63,459 nt of DNA, filler included, from Choristocarpus tenellus KU-1152 (GCA_964200185.2; 7 parts of 7 records of this genome joined end to end with filler, not necessarily neighbours in it); one strand, 5' to 3'; numbered from the whole stretch's first letter, positions 25,170 through 37,448 are shown. Translations and numbers: made by a program. The notes: generated by a model from the letters alone, not told the origin.

Positions 25170-26693
25170 CTGATGGTAAAGTACATCCCCAAGAAGTTGA
25201 AGAGGCCGCATCCCATCATGAGTAGAATATCTCGCAAGCCCCCAGAGTATGTAGAAATTGATGTGAGCATGAGGGCCACCGATGAAATAGCAAGTGACAC
25301 CATTTGATGCCAGAAAATCATTGTTGTGACCCTTGGATTCTCCTCTACACCGCTTTTGGGGATACTGGGCACATTGTTGATGAATGTACCAAGCACACCG
25401 AGAAGGATTGCAACCGCTCGTCCTTCCCAGGGGTCATCCTCATCGCCAGCTGTCACATACCTCGCCGCAGGATAATACGCACAACACAAGTTTGGCCTTA
25501 CAATGATCAAAATCCCCATGGCAGAGATCACGGCCCCAATGATGTTGTCTCTGTGAAACCATTGCCCCCGTGAGCCTGATGTCAAGATAGCCGAGAAGGT
25601 GCAATATGTGAACTGCAGAGAAACCTGTACCGTCCAGTTTTTCGATCAAGGGTGCATCCATGCCATTAGTGCGCTGGGGGCTACGCCGAGAGAGCATAAT
25701 GGCAGTTATGCCTGCAGAGCACATCGAGGAATTTCAGTACTGGGTAGAACACAGAAAGCAGCCCCTCTTTGAAAAATAACCATGCGTATACACACCACGG
25801 TTGGAAGAGAAAGTAGTCTCAAGGAGAAGTACAATGCTGTTGAGGAGGCGACGCCTTTGCATCCCTGGAGGAGCGTGCTAGGCCAGAAGCTGTGTGATAG
25901 GAGTTTGATGCGCATGCAACATAAGTAGAAAGGAGAAAATTAGTCACTAGGCATCCATTTTGATCAAGAAAAATCACACATAGTTCAAACGAACTTCCCT
26001 AATGTATCATTGATTGTTGTGGGCGACTAGTGTTGTAGATCGTCATCGTAGCATTCTTGCCAAATGTAGTACGGCTCTGGTTTTGACGAAGGCATGAATA
26101 TTAACGAAATATATATCCACTTGGCAAACCTGGTTTGAGCTCAGGTTCACACACAAAATTTCGCACCTGGGTGAAGGAAGGAGACCACTTAAACAGGCCT
26201 GTCTTCTCCTGCGATTGCTCACGACAGCAGTGGCCAGTGCAAGCAACACCTGGCTAACACTACTACCAAACCCTATCATAAACATATCCTCATTCATAGA
26301 CACAAGTTTGACCATGAGGAAGAAGATGCTGAACGAAAACGATGCCAAGGAAGTATTCGCAAAGTTGGTGGCACAACGCGCTAGAAGGTCGAAATAGTTG
26401 TCTGAGACTAATTCATTCCCACGTGTTGGCGTAATCCCACACAGTTCGCTATTCAATCTGTCCTGGATCGTAACATGGGACCCCCCCTCTAATCCATAGT
26501 ATGAAGTTGTATGCTTCCCATCCTCTATGTTTTCCTCATCCGTTGGTGTGATATGTCCAGATCGATGCGATATGGTTAAGATCATCCCCTGTATTGCTGT
26601 AGAGAGCCATGTGAGTACGACTGAACTCTGGGACTGAGTGTTAATCGGTTCATTCTGTAGGTTTCGGTCATGGTTGGTACAATCCTTCCGCAT
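25170..26693 (-). CDS. EamA/DMT-type membrane transporter, 3'-truncated; exons 26693-26167, 25889-25796, 25624-25170
   Basis: Phase-compatible GT-AG junctions give ALYFSLRLLSLPTV|VSLQFTYCTFSAIL...IIGAVISAMGILIIVRP, an EamA-like pattern; multiple TM segments; start codon less certain. Confidence 0.7.
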
Positions 26694-28099
26694 CGATCCG
26701 AAACACTAGTTCAGTTGATGTCCTGTATAAATTTTGGAGGGTGTCATTCAGATTCAGATATGTTGAAAATTGTTGAGTCCTTTTTCTTGTTTTAAGTATG
26801 AATTTTCATTGAAAAGTAGATATTTCTTCTATATTTCTATTGTTGTTTGAGTATAACAATATTGTATTTTGTGAGATGTCACCTTGAAAAATTTATATTT
26901 GGTTTCAATATTGTGACCTACCTGCCATCATAATACTCAACATATATATGTTCTGTATCAAAGTAATCACATCATATAGATATGTGTGTTTCAACTCCAC
27001 GAAATATTACTTCATGTTAATATTTCGTCTGATTCTTACTATGATTATTATTCTGATCTACATCTGATTTGTATCTGATGTATCTTCCTCACCTACCTTT
27101 TCCTGCTGTTACATTATATTCTTGAATAAATAATCTGTTTATGTAGAATGTTCCTATATATTAGGGATGATCAGAACTATCACAGATAACATGTAAGAAG
27201 TGAGAGATGGGGTTTATGCATACTCTGTGTACGTTGAGAGCTTCAAGGTAGGATGTTGTTCAATCTCTACTCTACTATGATTTGTTGTGGCCAGTTAGAA
27301 CAGACACACAATATCTGGATTTACTGGTTTGAATCCATCATTAATAGGGTTACCACAAGGTGGTCATGTGTCTTACCCACACCACATCACCTTCACTGAC
27401 CTCAATCCCAAAAGGCTTGCGCGCGCAAATGCATATGAATGCACACATTAACTATGTCGTTGTGGGGAGATGTCAAACATGGGACGTGTTCCTGACATTA
27501 CCCCCTCTATTATGGATCCTATTTGACAAGAACAGAAAACTGGCTAGCCATCACTTCATGTGGAACAGTTTCTTCATTAAGAGAAAATCATAGTGGTTGA
27601 ATCTACTAGGGGATTTCTTGGTTTAAAAAGGAGAAAAAAAGGTGGGGGGAAGTGGTGATCGGTCCTCCTACATCAAACTCTAGTTCAACGTAGAAATCCT
27701 GTGTTAACTGGTGGAAGTGTAGTGAGGAAAATGGCGCGAACCAGTCCTTCGCCTACGTGCGCCCAAGGATTTGAGTGGATAGAGGTCGGTACCACTACAA
27801 CTTTGGCATCATTTAGTCATCAATTAGGAATGCTCCAGGGATAGTGTTCGAAAAAACCTGGTCTAAAAATGCCAACCAAAGCGGTTGGAAAGTCAGAAAA
27901 AATGACCCTTCTTAGTGTATTTTTAATGTTCAGAAAAATATGCAATCTTCTCACAGGTAGGACCAACCTGTGTAAGTGTCTCCATGTACAAGCTATGTTT
28001 CTACCCCACAGTCCTGAGTCATCCGATAGATACGCCCGAAATACCACCAGGACCGTGCCATGGTATGGTCTTCGAGAATTTATCAGTGTCGCTTCCACC

Positions 28100-29750
28100 A
28101 TCTTGGAAATTAAGAAATATCTACTGTCTGTGGACTCCGATGGCAACTCATCTAGTCAGCATCCCGCTACTATACAGAAATTCATCTCAATTTCGGGTCG
28201 TCCAAGAGGGTTATCTCAAACATTAGAGGAGGCGAGGTTGCTTGTTGGTGGACATCTAGTTGGGTATAATAGTTCTTCGGTTGTGTAAGGGCAGGAGCCT
28301 TTCTTTCATGGCTAGTCGCTTGGTCAGTGGCTTCCCTAACTCGTTCTCTACTCTGTGGGCTGCTATTCTGCATATTCAGGTATTTCATTGGGTTGCGCCA
28401 TATCATTGACCAGTGAATATTCTTGAAGGCAGAGCCTGAACATATAACTGCGAGTGGTCTTTCCTCCCACATATCGCTTGTGATCAACAAGCCCGCGACA
28501 GTGTGTGACCCAATACTTGAACGTATCTTTGATCCTCATCAAGATCTGCTTTGGGCAATACCTGTCCTAAGAAAAGTGAATGAAGGGCATCCATGCCAGG
28601 TTGAGTAGGTCCACCTTCTTTAAGGAGTTTGAGTCTGGCCATATTAAGTGTCACTTCACATCAGTCTTCCAAGCGTTCTATATTTTTTACATTGATTGGG
28701 TGTTCTACATAATTTTACTTCGTATGGTCCTCTTCATGGGGACAATAACTTGGGCTTTGGTGTATCAGCTGAAGCATGTGGTTTTGTATGGTCCATATTC
28801 GAATGCATGGCCAGCATACCATGCATTGTGGAATTAATTATTTCGCATATAGTGTTACTTTAGGGTCAATATGCCGTAGTCTTGGTTTTGTGATAAACAT
28901 ACACTTTCCTTATCTCTGCCAGGAGTTTAGTCTCGAATTCTTTACCTTGATCAGAGTGGAATGTTTCAAAGGACCAAAAATGGAAAAGGGCGATCGGCAA
29001 TCACTTCAGCACCAGGTTTTTCTTCCTTATTTTGAATGTCAATCAAGATTATCAATCTTGGAAGTTGGTCTTCGGCAGATAACACGTATTTTGCACCTTC
29101 TGGCGTGGTCTTATATTTAACTAGGACAATGGCAAGCCATTGAGACAGACATTTTAGCAGGCATGTGTCCGGTAGGTAGTGAAGTAGGAGTATGGGAGGT
29201 CTCCCGTCTCTGACATGAGTTGTAACTTTCACACCAATTCCCAGCATCTTTATGCAAGGTCGGCCACGAAAATCTGTCTCTCAAGCAGTCAAATGTGTGC
29301 TTGAAGGCAAGTTGATCTGAACTTTATGTAGAATCATGTAAAGCAAGTAAAATTAAACCCAAGGCTTCAGATGGGTATACTAGTTGATCATCAAATTCTC
29401 CATTCCTGTGGAGATTACTGAGTTGATAAGACCGGGGTAGTAAGAGGTCACCTTGCCTCTCATGTGTGAAAAAAAAATGACATGGTGTAGGCCACTTCCT
29501 TGTTGGGTAATCTCGAGTTCTCAGGGTCTTCCAAATATTTAATATTTGCTTCAAACTGATCACGTTGAGCTTTGACGAGAACTTCTGTATTCACTACTGG
29601 ATACCATTTGACGGAGCTATGGAAGGACTCAGAGTCATTTGCTACCTTAGAGATTCCACGTCGCCAATCCACAGACAATTCGTAAGCAAGATATACTTTG
29701 CTTGCTTGACAAGTTGAATTTGTGATTTCTACTCCCACATTTCGATATAC
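28100..29750 (-). mobile_element. Decayed Ty3/Gypsy pol (integrase region)
   Basis: QLVYPSEALGLILLALHDS (zinc-binding region start, ~29330-29385), KTTAY*P (~28870) and KLLS..RGPYEV (GPY/F motif, ~28715-28750) in the correct order; many stops and frameshifts; boundaries approximate. Confidence 0.55.
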
Positions 29751-30107
29751 AAGTGTCAGGGTTACTTAGTCAGATTCAGGTTAACTGAACTCTTCGACTT
29801 GAGGATGTGACGACATAAGTGGATGTAATCTTCCAGCTTTATGGAAGACAGTAAAATCAAAACTCTGCAGAAACTAGACCCATCTAGTGAAGAGACGGGA
29901 TTTGTCTTCAATAGTAAGCAGCCACGATAGGACTGAACAGTGAATAACAACTGCGAAATGTTTCCCCCATATATATGTTCTCCAGTGTTGAACGATCAAA
30001 ATAACTACAAGGCGCTCTTTTTGTGTAACAGAGAACAACCAAACCAATTGAGAGGTTGGCAGGTTTCAACCATTTTACATTATGTGCCACCTATATTACC
30101 CCATGGA

Positions 30108-30465
30108 ATACACTCTATTTCATTGCTTTACGTACATAACAGTGCGCAAAATTGATACTCCCCCTTTCCACTCTCAAAGTGGCTCAATGTATCTGGGGGT
30201 GGTGGCGGCTGTCCATTTGGGGCCAAATATTCCATGCGGCGATTTTTGTGTGAGTTGGTTGCATATGTCGGATGGATAATGTAAGTGCACTTTTCTGGTC
30301 ATAGTCCAAATGGACACCCTGGTGTAGACCCCCCCCCCCCCCCCCCCCCAGATACTTTGGGTCAGTAAAGCCTCTTTCTGCAACCGTACAAAATAGTGTC
30401 TATCTAACCTTTATCTGGATCCTTGAAATTCAATCCTGCCTACGTCTCAATTTGTTTTGCTCAGA
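30108..30465 (+). repeat. Dispersed repeat family D, interrupted by a MITE B
   Basis: AATACACTCTATTTCATTGCTTTAC...CAAAATTGATA...CCCCTTTCCAC shared with 46870 and 36228. Confidence 0.75.
30181..30363. mobile_element. MITE family B, AGT flanks
   Basis: GGCTCAATGTATCTGGGG ... CCCCAGATACTTTGGGTC. Confidence 0.9.
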
Positions 30466-30562
30466 ATATTTTCTCTCTGGTAGGGGGGAAGTAAACCACC
30501 ATGTTATATAATAATATCGAAATCCCCAGGGTTTTTCACACACCGCCAAATTTAAATAGTCT

Positions 30563-30835
30563 CGTCCACTGCCTGGACCGGTCCCACAATTATTTAACAT
30601 GTCCCAGTCCATTTCCACTAGTTATTGAACTGGTCCTTAACCATGTCCAGGCTGGTCCCACAACTGTTTAGCATATCCTTGTCAATGTCCACCAGGTATT
30701 GCACCTGTCCATGTCTGCTGGCCAGACCAGGTCAAACATTCTCTAACATGTCTGGACAATATCCACAGGAGGATATTGTACTGGTCTATGTCCACTGGCT
30801 GGCCAGTCTAATTTTTTCCTCGCATGTCCGGACCA
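30563..30835. repeat. Degenerate ~75-bp tandem repeat x~4
   Basis: GGTCCCACAA..AACATGTCC-like cores at 30580, 30654, 30730 and 30805. Confidence 0.6.
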
Positions 30836-33800
30836 TGCTCACTTGTTTTGCAATTGTGAATATGAGACATTCACACACGCGGATCACAAATCACCCCAGA
30901 CACCCAACAGTGTACTTGTATTCAATTTACTTTTGTCAAAATTAAAAATAAAACACCATAAAATAAAATACTGGTACCACTATGTATAATATGTTGCGCT
31001 ACAGATGTGAAATTAAGGAGATGTGCTTCCCTAACTCCTCGCTCTGTGGTGTAGGGCTAAGCTAGGTTGAAGACATAGGAGGGCAGTGGTGTAACATGGC
31101 TGGTAGTCAAGTAATAGTTAATAGATGATAGAAAAAAAAGCCTCTTTCACATTTAAAACAACTGGTACTTTTGGAGGAGTTCTTACGGTATTGAATTGGT
31201 TTTTACCCTGACACATCTGGAAAATGCAGAAAACACATTAATATGTATGTGAGGGACAGGTTTTTGGGGGGGATCTCCCACACACACGTTTTGTGGATAT
31301 GGTGCGCAGCCATTTACAATTGCGTGCGCCAGCCACGTCATTGAACTTTCCCATATCGACCAGTCCACAAAACCAGACACACCCACAAGATCCAGATTTG
31401 ACCAAATAGTCAGAAGGACCGTCAGAACGAAGATCCATTCCGATTCTCACTGATCCATTTTCCTTCTCTGACATTGCTCACTCATTCTGTGATACCTTTT
31501 GTGCAAGAAGGATGCGGTTCTTTTCTGAATTTCCTCAACTGGCATTGGGATACTAGGGCAAGACCTGTGGAACTCCATCTCAATTTCTGTAATAAAGAGA
31601 TGTGTGGTGATTTGGATTGTTGCTTTGTGTAGCGAACTTTGAGCCTTGACATTTCCACATATGCAATTTTGAAGAAGAGTGGCAAAGTATGTAATGGAAG
31701 TCTAACCATGACAAGGTCGGGCCAAGTGTAAAACAAATATTTCCTGATGTGCTATAGATAAATGTTCTAACATGACCAAGATTATGACCATCGCTTACTC
31801 AACATGACTGAAGTGACTGGACGCCCATCCAGAACCAAGTTTGAACATCGGCGAGTCCAGGGCCATCACTTACTCTGCATTACAACGCCCCCCACTAAGT
31901 TCGAACATGATCAAATTCATGACCATTAGCTGTTTCATCAGTGGACATGCCTGGTATCAAAAAATGCCCTCAAAATTTCCATCTTCATTTTTGTGGTCCA
32001 ACAATGTCTTTTCCCCAACATTACTCACATCTGCACACATGTGTGGAAAAAAATATGGGAAAAATCAGGAAAGTGTGGAAGTGGACCCATGGTTAAAAGT
32101 CGTTTCCACTTGTCAAAAGTAGTAGTATTTCCACCCATTTTAGACGTAAAATCACTTCCACCGTTTTTTTTGTCTCTTTCGGACTGCACGATATATTTTG
32201 GTACTTTCCTCTGTGTTACTATATAGTTCAAAAAAGTTTGATCATTTTTTCAGCACGTATGAATAATGTGATTCTGTGGTGACATGGTTCACTCAGGTAA
32301 GGGTGGCGAAGAGGATCGCCAGGCAAGATGGACCAGACAGACCAAGACGAACCGTAACTTAGAGGACAATATTAAGGTTGGACAAGTACAAGACTACAAA
32401 GGACTTGCAGAAAAACTGTGGAGTGACAAGTGATGAGAATCTTACGAGAGGGGGATCATCACAAAAGTCAAGACGTGACAACAAAGAGAATCTTTGATGT
32501 GTGACATCTCTGGTGAAAGAGATATCCACACCTCAAATATTCGTAAGACCCTCCACTGAAATCGGGGATTCCTGACAAGGAAACCTCAAACAGTTTATGG
32601 CATCGGCAATAATGGTATAACAACAGACAGACATGCCTTCCATGTCACCCGCCCTTCTGATCAGCCTTGAAGCCATGTAAACGTGATTCTAATACAGCCA
32701 AAAAGTGGGCTTTGGGAGCGAAATGGGAAACATGTGTGACCGTTAGTATACTAGTGCACCATTGTATTACACAACTCAATTAATACAAATGGGTTGTACT
32801 ATATAAATGAGGCATTAATCAATATTTGATCAGGATAATATTAGCCAAAGGTTGATGGTGTGTGGTCAACACACCAATCAAGGTTACGAGGTCTGAGTGT
32901 ATGGGATCAGCATATCAATCAGCCTAACGATGAGGCGAGAGGTATATGTGGTCAGCATGTGGGTCTCTAATACAGAGAGGGTACTCAGAACGGGGATATG
33001 AGGAGCAAACGCTATACAATGTAAATAAGCAGTTTGACTAGAATTTGTGATTTGACATTGCTATACAGGTGTTATACGATGGTTTAATCACCACTCCGAT
33101 GCGCGAAAACATCATTGTGTGATTACATGACCAAATCAACACAGCAAACAACGAAATCAAATGTGGGCACCAATTCTTCTTTCTCAATTCTGATATCGAT
33201 TGGAATATTGCTCAAGACGGCTACAATATTCCAAGTGGACAACTCAGACGTACGGTGTTGGTGGCTCAACTCTCCTAAATGATATGAGGTGACTGTATGG
33301 TTATTACATCATGTCGGTGAGATCATGCCACTCGAAAAATAAATAAATAACATGTATGACTCACCTTAAGTCTCCATCTCTTACCTAGTGATAGACTTGA
33401 ATTTTCATTTTTGTTTTATTATGGGGTTAGTCATTTCATGATTATCAATAAATCCATTTCATGAAAACGTGACATGATGAAATGAACAGCCACCACTAGC
33501 ACACAAGTGCTTATGTGCTCGGCGATACAGTCTCTTCACCACCGCATGTGTCCGCTCATGCAAACGAGGAGAGTTGAGAGATAAAATTAATTGTATTATT
33601 AATTTATTCAAATCCATCAACATATATGTATAGTCTATTTGCAAGGATTGATAAACCTGGTAAACACGAGAAGTCAAGTCAGAGCTGGTCATGAACAGGT
33701 TAACTGACATCTGTTACCAGTTATTTCATCTCTTCGCAAAACGATAGGCTATACCCATCTATGACAAAATGACAGACAAACGGTTTGTCTAAACTAAATG

Positions 33801-34297
33801 GTCAACCCATGTAAAGGATTACAGTATGTGGGTACAACGAGATCTGGTCAAGGGACACTAGTCTTTAAAAAACAAACACAATTTTTTTTTGGCAACGATC
33901 TGTACTTCAAATATATACAACAATCTCTTTACTGAAACGATAGGTTAAAACACTACAGCAATGCATAACATACAGACTATGCAAAAGAGTATGATAATGG
34001 TAAATACGAATTCTCAAGTCAAGACTGTGTGGGACAAGAATTTTACTGGTTATCCAATCCATTTGCTGCATGATAGACTGCAGTAATTTCATGGCATTGT
34101 GGGATTGTTCTATTCTTTTGTCAAGATCACAACACAGTCCTTAGCCACAAAGGCAAAGACGATAGATAACAATAGTGGACGAATGATGACCAGGACCAGG
34201 TCTATGTCCAACAATGCTATCAGTAGTGTAGTTAATTCAAATCTGGTGTGGGAGGTTGGACTTGAGGATAGTAACACTTCATTCTACCTAGATGAAC

Positions 34298-34397
34298 NNN
34301 NNNNNNNNNNNNNNNNNNNNNNNNNNNNNNNNNNNNNNNNNTTAATTAATTAANNNNNNNNNNNNNNNNNNNNNNNNNNNNNNNNNNNNNNNNNNNN
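34298..34397. other. Artificial contig-join linker
   Basis: Same 100-nt spacer. Confidence 0.97.
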
Positions 34398-34500
34398 GTG
34401 CATACAGTATTATCCTTCCTTATGGCAAGGCGGGAGATGATCATTAACACATAAACATCATTTAAAGAGTGATAGTAATCGTTTCCATCCTATCCATGAA

Positions 34501-34606
34501 GCTTCTGATTGATTTTCCAGCTCGCCACAATTAATTAGTCACTTCGACGATTGATTTCCCAGCTCACCACGATTAATTAGTTGCTTCGACGATTGATTCC
34601 CAGCTA
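34501..34606. repeat. ~41-bp tandem repeat x2.5
   Basis: GATTGATTT(T/C)CCAGCTC..CAC.ATTAATTAGT repeated. Confidence 0.85.
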
Positions 34607-35144
34607 ACCCTAACGCTAATTACTACAAAACCGATATTATACCTATTGATTCTGTGCCGCTTTTTTAGGGCATACCCATGGGTGAACAAAATCGGGGTAG
34701 GTACTGTAGATAGAATAATGTCTTTTATATTTACAACTTTTACTTTTACATGGTTGTTCCGATATTTAATTGACCTTTCGTTTGTTTTTCCCCTGACATA
34801 TCTGGAAATGTCAAGGTCAAATTTTTTCATATATTTAGTATGTATACAATATGTATCGGAAATAAAATCGTCTAAGGACTTTTTTTTTTAATCTTGTGGG
34901 ATTGAAATATGCATCAGTCCCCTTTAACATTTTCCAGATGTTTCGGGGAAAGTACAAAACCATCATTCACAATCCGTAACTGTCACATTCTTGGGATGTT
35001 TCCTTCACTCCTCGCCCGCTTCTACAGGGGCTGAGGTTAGAACAGCCGATTTCAAAAATTGAGGATGGAGCTTTTCATTGCGGATGGGCTTGACCCAAAA
35101 TTGACTGGGATAAAGTGTCGATATGATTTTTTTTTAAATGACCA

Positions 35145-35318
35145 GTTAACATGGCATTAGACATAATAACCCGTCTTCAGGCAGAAGTGCATGTGGGTAA
35201 ACTCAGTATGACCTTGTGAAGACGCTATGTCTTACCCTGGGAGATCTCTCATTATGTTCTACACTTAGAGCTAGAGATATAGTGATATATCTTAATGTAA
35301 TAGGAGAAGTCAGCAGAG
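35145..35318 (+). mobile_element. Group II (IIC-like) intron ribozyme fragment: 3' part of DI, DII, start of DIII
   Basis: GAAGACGCTATGTCTTACCCTGGGAGATCTC ... GAGAAGTCAGCAGAG matches the DI/DII/DIII junction pattern of bacterial IIC introns. A perfect 7-bp hairpin AGATATA-GTGA-TATATCT (35275-35292) carries a GNRA loop inside DII. Confidence 0.75.
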
Positions 35319-35452
35319 TGCATAAGCTCATTCGGAAATTTCTACAAGCAGGCGTGATGCATAATGGAGTCTGTATACGCAAAGGGCAAGGCACTGCCCA
35401 GGGCAGTCCGCTTTCGCCTATACTCTCTAACATTATGCTTCATGAACTGGAT
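35315..35452 (+). pseudogene. Group II intron reverse transcriptase/maturase fragment
   Basis: RVHKLIRKFLQAGVMHNGVCIRKGQGTAQGSPLSPILSNIMLHELD fits the GxPQGxPLSPxLxNIxLxxLD motif; ends before YADD. Confidence 0.9.
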
Positions 35453-35712
35453 TAAGACAAAAGAAGCAACAAACACAGCATTTAGTAGATATAAATAGCC
35501 TTAGAGAAGACAAGAGAGTAACTGTAGGTATACATGAAGTGTTTGGCCAAATATATAAAGATATTGGCTATGATAAAGTATTCAAAAATCCAGCAAGGCA
35601 AGTTGCAGCCAGTAAGAAACTGTTTAACATAGTAATGGCACGTTTAGCCAATCCCTCCTCCAAAAGGTCTTCTGTTTTAGAATTAGAGAAAAAAATTGGT
35701 ACCAGCTTACGT
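35453..35712 (+). pseudogene. IS1634-like (IS4-related DDE) transposase N-terminal fragment
   Basis: Stop-free frame LVDINSLREDKRVTVGIHEVFGQIYKDIGYDKVF...LFNIVMARLANPSSKRSSVLELEKKIG resembles the GIHEVYG / VMARIANPxSK pattern I recall for IS1634 transposases. Confidence 0.7.
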
Positions 35713-36227
35713 TGGTCATTTAAAAAAAAATCATATCGACACTTTATCCCAGTCAATTTGGGGTCAAGCCCATCCTCAATGAAAAGCTTCATCCTCAATT
35801 TTTGAAATCGGCTGTTTTAGGAGGTATAGGAGCAATGTAGTGAAAACATTAGAATTACAAACCTCTAAGAGAGTGTTGGAGTATAGTTGACATAGAAATA
35901 GCAAATGATTTTTGGGAAAATTTTTACATTCACGACAATTAATTGTTACTGCGACAGGAGTCGTTGTGATATTGGCATGACGTTTCCCCTGATACATGTA
36001 CGAAATGTCAGAGAGCATAATAACATACATACACGTATAGTCGTTTACTATTTCATTATATACCTACATTGTAAATTGAAGGTATGATAATAATATAATA
36101 AATAGTATGGGGGTGAGGGGTGGAACGATATTGTAGGAAAGGGGTTGTAAAGTCCTGTTTGAGAGAGTGTCTGTCACTGTACAAGTGACTCGCTCGAGAC
36201 CCACCCGATGACTTTTTGTGCACCATA

Positions 36228-36372
36228 GTGTACACAAAATTGATAAACCCCCTTTCCACACGCAGAGTGAAACTACAATTAATGAAAGTCTCTCTTGGCG
36301 TTGTACAGAATGTTTTATTTTTCATTTCTCGGGATCCTTCTTAAAACGCAACCTTACCTACTTCTCAATTAC
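36228..36372 (+). repeat. Dispersed repeat family D
   Basis: GTACACAAAATTGATAAACCCCCTTTCCACAC...GGGATCCTT...AAAACGCAACC. Confidence 0.65.
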
Positions 36373-37265
36373 TTTAATGAGTGGGTGCCCATGATAATTA
36401 AAATCAAATACCAATCGCTTCATGTCTAGCGATTGCTGTTACTGTTATACTAGAAGTAGTAGACATATTTTTGTGAAGCGAAGTTGAGGTTTTCAAATTG
36501 TTCAGGAAGACTTAGTTTTTAGTAGGATGCAGTGCTTTTTGGGTTTTGCATGGATTTTTAGATCGTAAGCACCATCAACAACGGCTGTTCTTCACTCACT
36601 GTACGTAAAATGAACTTCTTTCGAAGAACTCCAGTTGTACACTAGACACAATAGGGCTGCTTGCCCTTGTTCAGATAGTCAAGATGGAGTCCCTGGTTGC
36701 CTGTAAGTGAGAGAAGTTCTAATATTTTCATGGGCGTAGACAGATAATTGATTTGATTGGTATTGGAAGTAGTAGCAAGGAAGCATCGATCAGATCTGTC
36801 TTCTTGCGTCTTGTGTGTAAGAAATAACATCACAAACATTCCACAACTCTTCTACTGCATTAGTCCTCCTCCTCCTGTATAATACACTGTTGTTACAGTA
36901 AGTAGTATAAATATTATTAGTACAGTTTTTTTTTTTCCATTATTACCCTGTTGTGCTTGGATAAATAACCTGTGACGACCATGTGCCACAGGAGTAGGAG
37001 AAAACAGCGAAAAGAGAACGAGATGCAGGGCGTCCATACTGTCGGTTACAAAATGCCAACAACTATATGCGTGTATATTATTATGCCCTCTGACGTATCA
37101 TGATACAAAAGTGTAAGACACACCACAACCCTGATACCAATGTCATTGTCTCTCTGTCCTTTGCACACAAATAATATCACGTACCCATCGCACCTCACAC
37201 ACTCGATCATTGCATTTATCTCGTATCGACCATACGCATGCATGCCACAAGCGAGTTTGACCATC

Positions 37266-37448
37266 AACAGCCGATTTCAAAAATTGAGGATGGAGCTTTT
37301 CATTGAGGATGGGCTTGACCCAAAATTGACTGGGATAAAGTGTCGATATGTTTTTTTATTAAAATGACAGTACAAAAAAAAACTTATCGACACTTTCTCC
37401 CAGTCAATTTTGGGTCAAGCCCATCCTCAATTTTTGAAATCGGCTGTT
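37266..37448. mobile_element. Family E element without cargo (183-bp foldback)
   Basis: Same arms as 35041-35816 joined by a short AT-rich centre; the right arm lacks one internal ATTGAGGATGG-containing unit; flanks CATC/CATT. Confidence 0.9.

Larger units (their letters stand above)
35041..35816. mobile_element. Non-autonomous long-TIR element (family E) with captured bacterial-type cargo
   Basis: 104-bp TIRs at 35041-35144 and 35713-35816 (3 mismatches); TTAG direct repeat at 35037-35040 and 35817-35820. Confidence 0.92.

Noticed and set aside
235-32645. Short similarity between ~235-345 and ~32550-32645, and a CCCCTGACAC-type motif at ~31200, 34785, 35982 and 51551
   Set aside because: Probably fragments of old dispersed repeats, too short to define ends or class.
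35216-35455. 79-aa ORF as a functional reverse transcriptase
   Set aside because: The first ~33 codons read through intron RNA sequence, and the RT part stops before YADD.
35539-35805. 88-aa ORF as the element's own transposase
   Set aside because: It is an N-terminal fragment with no catalytic domain; its last ~30 codons read into the TIR.
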